This document shows, piece by piece, positions 54,047 to 64,000 of a stretch of DNA of 64,000 nucleotides. The notes under the pieces were generated by a model. It worked only from the letters and a program-made list of their open reading frames with translations. It did not search any database and was not told the origin of the DNA. The stretch is from NCBI GenBank assembly GCA_904063045.1, contig CAJFCJ010000019.1:1106570-1170569 (forward strand), written 5' to 3'. The stretch is from Dimorphilus gyrociliatus (taxonomy: Eukaryota; Animalia; Annelida). The position numbers and the translations under genes are program-made. Position 1 is the stretch's first letter, and each line of letters starts with the position of its first letter.

Positions 54047-57000
54047 TTCATCCATATTGAAAGAGAGAAATTACTCTCACGAGAAAGAAATATATGGATA
54101 TCGATAAGAAGTATATATTACAAACCATAAAAAAAAAAGTGTAATTCTTTAATCGAATGAAAAAGTTCTTGCTAAAAAATGTAGTGTCAGCATAAATCAG
54201 TCGACGATAAGGAATTGAAAGGTCCGACTATGCTTATAATGAATGCATTCAGACAAGCATCGCCTGATAAGGCTTATCGTAAATGATATATGCATTTCTC
54301 TTGATGCACTTGAAATTGTTGAAGCAAGTTATGTTCAATTTACATTTGCACAGTAGTACTATGGTCAACATTCTCCATACTTTATGTATACAAAACATAA
54401 ACATTGACTTTTCCTTTGTTTTCTTTCTCTTCCACCTCTTATCAGGTGAATGCTGAACGATATAATTTGCTTGCATTCTATCACACGATTATTTATAGGC
54501 CTAAACATACAGCCGGAATCGTTTGCCAAATATAATTCGCAATCCGTCTTCAGCGTCACGTTAACAAATCATCGGACAAGTATAAAGTAACGCCCTAGAT
54601 CGACGGCTCAAAGTGACGCCGGATTAATCGAGCTAAAGGCGTCGGTCTGGGTACGGGTCGATGCGGCAATCTGTTTAGCGGCCGTTTAATCTGATCAATG
54701 GGTGGACGACATAAAGGGGCGGTTGTGGGCGGATTAGTTTTTCGTTATCTACAGAGCACACCGTTCTCTTTTCAAGAGCTAGACGCCGCGAAAGTTCTTA
54801 TATATTAGAGATAAGACGAGTCATAAATTTCTGAAATCGGTCTAGAATAACGCTGAAGCTCTATATCTACCGGCTTACAGGCCTTATTAATTCGTCATTA
54901 GAATTCGGATAATGGGTGGCTGTTCTTGTGAATAGGCCTATTCCGACTTATACAAGAGTCTTCCATTAGCACATTCTCAAAAGGCTTTAGATCGAACGAA
55001 TGGTGAATGTTCTAAGACTTCGCGAAAGTAGATGCCAGTTAGGAGGATTTCAAATTTTTCAACGACTCTCCTGCGTGAAGTTTTGTTGATATTTGTAATT
55101 ATGGTCAATTAATCAGTCTCTTTTCTTCCTTCCCACCCCTCTTTCTTCCTTCACTGCCCCCTTCTTTATGCGATTTTATCATTTCCTTCCCAATTCTTTC
55201 ATACGATTAACCGTTCAAAATCCACTCACCTTTTGACGTTTTGTTGATAAAAAAAGTAAGGCGCCGTACTATACTGTATATTACACTGCGAAGAGATAAG
55301 AGTGAGTGAGTGGGAGAGTGAGAGAGAGAGAAAGAGACAGAAAGAGAGACAGAGAGAGAAAGGAGAAAAGAGGCAAAGTAAAAGATATAGATAACTCGAC
55401 CGCGCGGACTGTTGAGAAACGTCAACGTGCGCGGACCACCTAGTAGGCGACCTGCGGAAAATGAGGAAAGTGAACGTGATAGTCGGCGACATGGGAGGAT
55501 TCGCATTTTTTCGGTATATGCGTGTCGTTTGTCAGAATTCTAATAAAGTAAAGCGGCGAATAAACAGTAGTGCGAAAATAAGTAAACTAGAAAATGTTCG
55601 TTTACTCAAGTTCTGTGAATAACAATAGCGCCATTAAGCCGTTGGCGTCTCAATCGCACGTTTACCTGATGCGTTTCGTGATCTTTCATTTGTAAAGCGT
55701 TATTAAGCAGATTGAGCCATAAAACTCACTTATAAATTGTTCTCTTACGTCATCGTTTTTCTTTCCGGGCAGAAATAAGTAACTAATGTAATATATATTT
55801 AGGGTGTTCTGCAAAGTTAGCCAGAGGCTTGCTTGTGCAGCTGGTCAACCTATAGCAGCAGGAAAATTACATGATTATTGTAATTACAGATCTCTCTCTC
55901 TCTCTCTCTCTCTTTCTGTTATCTCTATGATATATATGCAATTTAGCTTGGCTCGTCTCTTTCCCCCAACCAATATAGTAGACATCCTCCAGCCTCAAAT
56001 AAAGACACGTACGGTAGACTTTCATATATTTTCCTGTAGCCGCCGGACATCTGCGTCCTATTTGCATACGAGCGTCACGTGACTAGCCTGCGTTTATTGC
56101 ATTCGTCTTAGGAATGCGTTCATTACATTTTGTTTTTTTGAGAGAATCTAGCCTCAAAGGAGATTAGGAAGAATTCGCTTTAATAATAAAAGTGATGAGA
56201 GATGAAGAAAAACGAACGCGCCTTATCACGTTTTCTACGAGACAATTTTTTTCTCAACGGAAATTCTCTTTATAGGCAAACGTGGGCTTAGAGATGAAAG
56301 AAGCGTCACCGAATGCCGACTGGCCTCTCGAAAAAAGCGGTCAGGGCGGCGCCGACCCGCCAGACCAACAAGTTTGTTCAGAAAGCGTTCTATTCAAGTA
56401 TAGCAAACATTTTTTGTGAACATTAGAAGGCGCCCTTATTCACAACCTCTTCAAATTGCACGTACACTCTTCTTGCTCTTTTTGTTCGATATAGAAGATT
56501 ATTTACTGAGTGAGGCGACGTTACGCTTAAAAAAGACAGCGTTTACTTTATTTAAAGCCAATTAAGATTTTGGGTGAACGTACCATGGAAAAAAAAAGCA
56601 ACAAGAAATTCATGACATTCTCATGCCCATGAGATTAAAGAGCCTATCCCCAAATATCTTAATAGATTCTTTATACAAAAGGTAAAGAAGGTTATCTAGG
56701 GAAAAAAAATTTTGTATGCACTTATGCATACAATAAATAAATGTATCAATGTACCTATGTATCTACAAACTCAAGTCTACATGTGTTTATGTTAAAAACA
56801 CGTGTGTATTCGAAAGTTGGACTGCTAAGTCGACAATATATATATATATATATTTATATACTAAGGATAATTTCTATTTAAAGCAAAGAATTTATATAAG
56901 TTTATATATATAGATATAGATATAGATATTTAAATATACATATATGCGCATACGGCTACTAAGTAGGTCAAGTTTGCCAACACAAAGAAGCAGAACAAAC

Positions 57001-58381
57001 AAGCAGATGTTTGCATCAGACACGTTGAGCAAGTTTGACGAAGATTTCAGCTACAAGTCATCTAAATATTAGTGTACAAGCCTCCTTAACGCGATCGACA
57101 AATTTGTTCTGTGAAATGTAGCGTGCAGAAATAACGCCATTAATTCCATCTTCTTCAAATTTACATTTCGACTTTATTCTCTCGCAATATTTTTATTTGT
57201 TGACGTCCTTTTTACTATAGAATGTATAGATAGAACGCCATATATAACGTGTATGCGTTTGGCTTTTCGAACTGTTTATTCGCGGCTTTCACATTCCGTC
57301 CGCCCTCCGTGTTCCTGCATCGTTTTTATTGCGCGACCTACTTTTTAATTTCGCCCGCCTCGATTGTTTGCTTTCAAAATATACGCGCTCGTTTCCAATT
57401 AATTATTCGAACGAGATTGAGAATGAATTATATAGATGAATTTAGATATGCATTCACTTTCCTTCTTAGTTATTTTCTAATTATTTATTCGTAATGGAAA
57501 AGAGAAAAACAGAAAGTATAATCGCTTTTTCTAGTTTAAATACCATATTGGTTGTGAGAGGGAAAGCTACCTTCTTCACAAACAATATAAGGTCATCTGA
57601 CTTGATGCAATTTTCGACGTAGAACTCCCACTAGGCGGCGTAATCTGCAATAGTATAATCGTGTTTGTCAAGCGTCTTCATTTCCTGTGCGAGCCTTAGG
57701 CGATGTGGGTGGCGCGTACTGTGAGCGAATGTTTGCGCTCTACAACTTCAATATGTACTCGAATAATATTCGACTTTATATAAAAACGCGAATTATCTAA
57801 ATAATATTATGAAAACCTTGCGTTCTCCACCCTTAGTTTATTCAATTCCCCTTCGTAGTTGGCTTGTTCAACGAGCGACTTGTGTAAGCTGAAAATGGAA
57901 AACGACATTCGAAACTGCTGTCACTCCTATAAGCAAACATTGAAATAAGAACGCTGAGTGGAATATATTCAGTGCGTTCTACTTTCATGCGCCATCACGC
58001 CGCTTCGGCGCATATATTTATTGAAAGATTTCTATATATACCTGAGTTGAACTTTTATTTCTTGTAGCTTTTCTTCCAATTCGTCCCGAACCTGTTCCGA
58101 TGCCGCCAATCGACTCTGCATTGAAAGGAAAAGCACGTATACATACTTATATTGAACTGTTTATGCTCTCCGATATTGCTTTGTACGTCTCCTATAAACG
58201 TCTAATATTCGATTAACGACTTGATCGAGCGTCTAGAAATTGTAAAATTAATTTACAAATAAAAAGCATTATGAAGTGTGCTGATTCCATAGCAACCAGT
58301 AGGGAGGAAGTGAACGTCTACAGACAATCAGGCATCAATTTGCAAGCATTGATTGTTCTATATATTTAATGCGAATATATG

Positions 58382-58412
<31 letters not shown>

Positions 58413-61400
58413 TTCTATGATATAAATATATATAACCTAAACGTTTAAATGATGCAGAGAAAAATTGTGCTTAGCCTCTTCTTTTTTGCCATTATAAGAT
58501 AAAAAACAATTATGCTCCTATGAACGTAGCTTCCGCTACAAAAACGTGTATGAATATAAAATTAAATAATTAATTATGATATCATTTGCATACAGTATAT
58601 AAACATTATGCGTGAATTAATTTATGAAAATAGCGTGTATAAATACTTATCTCTGAACAGACAGGCATGCAATGAACACTTTTATTAAAGCAAACCAGTA
58701 AATGGACACGTGCGATGTCTAATGGAAAATGATGTCAAAGCCCAATTAATTATGTATATATAGCCAAGAATCGATAGTGGTCTCGTAAAGTTGGCATAGA
58801 CGAACACGCATCTTATGTTAGACAAATTATTAAATTGTTTATACTTTTAATATAGATGTATATACATTTATAAAGATGAATTATGTTTTATATAAAAGTT
58901 ATTCTATTCTCCCAATATTATCTATACATATATATATTCCTTTCATATATATATATATATATATATAACTTGTAAAGAAGAACATAAGGTCATTGTATGC
59001 ATATGTGTAGTGGGAGATAATAACACGCACTCACAAATATTAGCTAATTCTATAATTGACAAATTGCTGTACAAAATAATCAGTTTGGCCTTATGCAATT
59101 AATAACATTTTCCCATCCAACACAATTTTTGCTCTCGTATGGAAAAAAAAAAGTGAATAATCGTCGCAGCTTATAAAAAGGTGAGCTAATTGCAGCACTT
59201 CCCGTCGGCCGAAAAACAAACAAATCGACGTTTTGTCATGCGGCCGTTTAATGAGGTATATTCTGAGTGAGAGAACGGCATGTGTTCAATCGGGCGTCAT
59301 GAATGTTTTATGGTTTATTCAGTGACGTCTTGTTGGTTAGCGCGTCATTTCGTTTGATGGAAAACCGACATCTCATTTATATATTTGTTTTATAATATAT
59401 ACGATATCATAGGCCTAGTTCCCACTAAACGGTAGCGGCGTTGTTCGTCTATATAATTTCGCGTAAAAGACGTTTATCAAAAACATAATATTTTCTCAAA
59501 CAATAAAATCAACACATTGATACACAGACTGGCCAAACACTTTAATAACCGTGTAAATACTTGATATGGGCATAAGTCAATTTATATAAGCTATTTGTCT
59601 ATACTCATCAACATACTTTTCAGATGCTAGGATCTGCCGAATCAGTGACAAGAAAGATGAAGAAAAAACAAAACAGAGTAATAGCAATAAAAAGAGAGAG
59701 CGAGTGAGCGAGCTATCGTCATTCAATAATACGTAGGAGTATACAGTCATCACCTGCTCAGCCAGCATTTTTAGTGCAATTTAGAGCCGATAAGTTTTAT
59801 AGTTAAGATAACGCACATCCGCAATCAATTATAGATACAACATCGACTAGGGCGGTATACGTTAATATAGTATAAATAAAAATAGTATATCGTACATAAA
59901 AGATTCAAATGAGACGCTAATTATTAGTACAAACATCATATAAAACATTTTCCATACAGTTGCACATGCAATATGTGATTAGGCCAATGAATATAGTATT
60001 TTAACTTTGGATAAATAGTGCATTTATATATATATATATATAAAAATATATAGTATATATATATATATATATATATCTACTATATATACTACACACATGA
60101 ATATGTGTGTAGAGAGACAATATTGACTAATAACTATACAGTTTATAATCTATACACACGCGTTGATGCTAACGTAAATTTGCGAGGCAAACTCGTGCTC
60201 CTAGCGCACTGGTTGAGTGTTTATTATATTTGATCAAGTGAGATTTTCGTAAATATTGATGCTTGACGAACGATGCGCAAATAGACAATATATATACACT
60301 AGCTCGTCTATATATAAATACAGTATACATACGAACACGCTACACTCATTCCCTTTCCTTCCCACCTTATCGATCAAAACCGTCTCCCCTTCCACTCCCA
60401 CACAAAAAAATCAGTCTTCTCACCGACTCATCCCTACGTCATAGAAAATCTCGATAAGAGATTTAGAACAAAGTCAACAATTCTGTCAAATTTAATTGGA
60501 TTATTCAATCTGATTTGCATAAGAATAAAGAGCTTTTGATGCGAGGACAAATGACAGCTGTCGGGACTTGTCATGTAAGTCGGTTTATTCATTCACTTTT
60601 TTTTAAAAGCATATCGCACCGGAAATTTCAATTGTATTGAGATAAAAGTAGATAGGAAACCGTAGAGCGCAAAGAGGGGAAAAGGGAACGTGCTATGATT
60701 CGATGGAGAGAAAGTGTAAAAGGCTGAGCAAACTTGTCGGCACGCTTCAAACGCCACACCTGCGGCTTAGAATGCTAATTAGTGTTTGCTACACCTCACA
60801 GCCGCTCCAAACTTCACTGATAAAAGCGTATAGAAACGCCTGCGCTTTTTTTAAGGCCGGACGTCGTAAGTACACTCTCAACTGACGTCTTAAGAGTATT
60901 ATAATATATATCTGCCGTTACTCAAATCTTATAATACCTTAAGATGTTGAATGTTCGAATCGCCTCTCAGTCTCAGGTCCGCTTCGAGTTTTCGACACTA
61001 ATGAACAAACATAACGTAAATTAGCCTAATTAAGGTTGGAGCGTGAAAAGTTCTACAAACAAACGCTTGTATGCCTTCTAATTACGTATAAGTTTAAATT
61101 AGCCGTGACACGAGATAATATCGCAAAAGCTTACACTTTTACGCCTCGTCGTTGAAAAAGATACAATTTAAAAGTAAATAAATAAGCAGATAAGCAAATA
61201 TACCTTTCGTAAAGCTTCATCTCGTTCCTTTAAAGCCAATTTTAATTGCTGAGCATTCTGAGATCGCCGCCGCCTAGCTGTCCGCGCAATCACATCCGAT
61301 AAAGCATTACCATTTTCTCCAATGTCGCTTATCTCGGAAAACTTTGTAAGTATTTCGTTTATATCCTGAGAGCAGGCAAAAAAAATAATAAATGCATTGA

Positions 61401-61990
61401 TATGTATATGGTTTATAAATTGAGATGCATAAAGAGAGTTTATATAACTACTTATACAAAAAGATAAATTTAATATATATGTATATATAAATGCTCATAT
61501 ACATAGCGTATATATATATATAGGTATATAATTTTTATATAATACATAGTATATATACCAACTATACCTACATCAATACATTTATATATTTTTATAAATA
61601 AATCAATAAACGTATGAACTCTCTCTATATATTATGTATATATGTACACAGTTCTGTGCAAAGCTACATTAGAATGGAATATCTTTTATGAAAAAAAACA
61701 AGGAAGAAAAAGAGAAACAGAAAGAAATTTAATTAAGGTTTAATGAAAAAAATCTGTCGATTTAACTAATAAAAATTTCATGAATTTTTAAAATATATAT
61801 AAATAACTTTTTATTAATATAATAAAGTATATTCAGAATATTAAAATTTTTAAAATATACCACTTTCGCTCAAAGTTTTACGCTAACAAAGGGAAGATTG
61901 TCAAGTTGAATATAAATACTTTTTAAAATGTCTATGCACGTTGCTTTCGTGCTTTTTTTTTAATATATTATCTGTTAGAATGGGAAGAAT

Positions 61991-62025
<35 letters not shown>

Positions 62026-63463
62026 CAAATTATAGATTATAAAGTTAACTGAGTGTTCGTTAATTAGATAATTTTACATAATGTGTTTGTAGATTATAGT
62101 CTATTGTAAAAATGTCTGTCCTTCCGGTGTCCTCATACAAAGAAAAGGTGTTACCTTTTTTTTTCTCTATTTACCCTCTCGCCCAATTTCTCCCGAACAA
62201 CCAAAGTAGACTTAAGTAAACAATAGAATATATGGTCACACTCATACTGTACGCTGCAGGTGTACCCATTCATTTCACATTGATCGCGCCCAAAATTCTT
62301 CAAATCTCGTAAATATATATTTATATATAAAATATATAAAGTACATATAGTACATTATGTAATGTATATTATATATATGATATATGTACACACATATATA
62401 TATATATATATTATAAGTTTATATATTTGTATAAATTTGCTTGCAGGGTATATATCGAACCGGAAGACGTACTAGCGTATTCATACTGACATAAAGATAT
62501 ATAGTATATATACTATATGTATATGTATATATACATATATATAAACTGTATATTGTATATGTAAATGACCTTGCTCTATATGGGTGTGGGCGGCAGAGCT
62601 TAAGTTCTAATACATATATGTGATATATAATGAAGGTGTATTCGTGACATCAATTAGATTTGAATAGACGCAAGGTGTTAGTGCGTGCGGTTTCGCAGTA
62701 GGGGCGCCATTGTTGTTCAATCATACCGCTCCACGTTCACGCTGTGAACAAACATCGCTTTTTATAGCATAATTGCCTAATTATATACTCTCGGTATACC
62801 ACACCAACTCAAAAGCCATTGACAAGATCGACGTATAGGACTTCATCCTCCATACGCACAAAATACACGCCAAATTCATTATAAAGAGTAAATGTATATA
62901 CTATGTAGGTTTAAATATTAATGCGAGCATATTTACCATCATACATAAACGTTATGCATACCGGTGAAGTCGTATATAGTTTATAAGATATATATCTATT
63001 TATATAATTTTAAGACGCATATATATTACATATATTCACCCTGAAAATGCGCGTTCTGTGTGTTTTAATATTACATTACGCCCTTCTTCAAATAGACCGA
63101 CGAATATGAAGGAGGATGACTGCTATGAGAAGAATGGCGAGAGATATATACAGTATGTATATACTGAAAAGTAGACGAACACTAATCAAGACTAGACGCA
63201 ATTCGTACAGCGTCTATTTGTTTGCCATCCCCTTGCGTCCAGCGTTGTCATAGAGACGCAACGTTCACATGCACAAATGGGAAGTTGGGTGCAAATTGAA
63301 GCGGAATAACAAATATTCTTAATTTTTCTTTTGATGTACAATGATTAGTTAATCCCTTAACGATATATAAGTTAGCTACGTTGTCTTTCCATATACAGTA
63401 TATATATATCTAATATATACTAATGTATGGCTATAATTTTATACAGTTCCTTGTATATGTACG

Positions 63464-63499
<36 letters not shown>

Positions 63500-63775
63500 C
63501 TTTATACTTTTACAATATTTATGTAGATCTTGATAAGGATGTAGAACATCACCGTCTCTATAATGTCCTTATAATAGAAGGAAATATTTACCATATCCTC
63601 AACATCATTCAAATGTATAATCCTTTTGGTTCTGGCAGCTTTTTCCGGTTCGGATGTTTCGACTAGTTTAGCAGTTTTAATTCTCTGTTCAACTGCCTCA
63701 TCTCTTTGCTTTTGGGCTTCGTGGACTTCTTGAACAAGATCTGTAAATGTATAAAAAGAAAGTATATATACATAT

Positions 63776-63788
63776 TAGGTGTGAAATT
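63776..63788 (+). promoter_or_regulatory. Perfect Brachyury/T-box half-site
   Basis: TAGGTGTGAAATT is identical to one half of the classic T palindrome AATTTCACACCTAGGTGTGAAATT. Function not shown. Confidence 0.35.
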
Positions 63789-64000
63789 GTTTTAACAGTA
63801 CACATTTCTCTCAAAATATATAAATGTTCAATGTGTGTGCTTATTAAGCGAAATTCTATAGATTTAAAGCTTGGAAGCGTGTACTGAAAAAATTTGTTGT
63901 TGTAAAACAAAACATTGACAAAACAAACGATAAAGTTAAACAGAAAATATTATGCTATTGACTTTATGCTAGTTTGTTCAAAGTTACCTTTTGCATCTAA

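Noticed and set aside
56074-56083. Perfect GTCACGTGAC E-box palindrome
   Set aside because: A single site with no nearby gene start; cannot be distinguished from background without chromatin data.
2500-63910. Many 60-150 aa ORFs in the track rich in Y/I or L/S (e.g. 2500-2721, 15011-15337, 18781-18987, 22156-22461, 51557-51830, 53695-54051, 63427-63666)
   Set aside because: They are translations of (TA)n/(CT)n microsatellites or AT-rich UTR and intron sequence, with no domain or splice support.
1-64000. CRISPR arrays, rRNA, tRNA, intact transposons
   Set aside because: None seen: no regularly spaced repeats, no cloverleaf with A/B boxes, no rRNA-like sequence, no intact transposase or RT ORF.

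Overview
AT-rich, gene-dense animal genomic DNA with many short (about 50-100 nt) GT-AG introns and abundant (TA)n/(GA)n microsatellites; no prokaryotic features. The compactness fits a miniaturised invertebrate genome, and a lophotrochozoan such as the annelid Dimorphilus is an unverified guess. Gene models were spliced by hand and checked for frame. In order: a p63/p73-type p53-family gene (+), a candidate structured ncRNA of about 365 nt, ZNF511 (+), an intron-containing DUF885 metallopeptidase (+) with a Tc1/mariner fossil in intron 1, a multi-C2H2 zinc-finger gene (+), DNase II (-), beta-thymosin (-), a 5-exon orphan (-) head-to-head with GNMT (+), a full-length TRAF (-) next to a RING-less truncated duplicate (-), a GPR158/179-like class C GPCR (-), a 996-aa intronless orphan (-), and FoxA (+). 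FoxA is followed by about 14 kb with no recognisable gene but with clustered developmental TF motifs. The most interesting leads are the unassigned structured RNA, the truncated TRAF duplicate, the SAM-less and possibly TAD-less p53-family gene, and the GPI-type DUF885 gene with a non-canonical splice donor.
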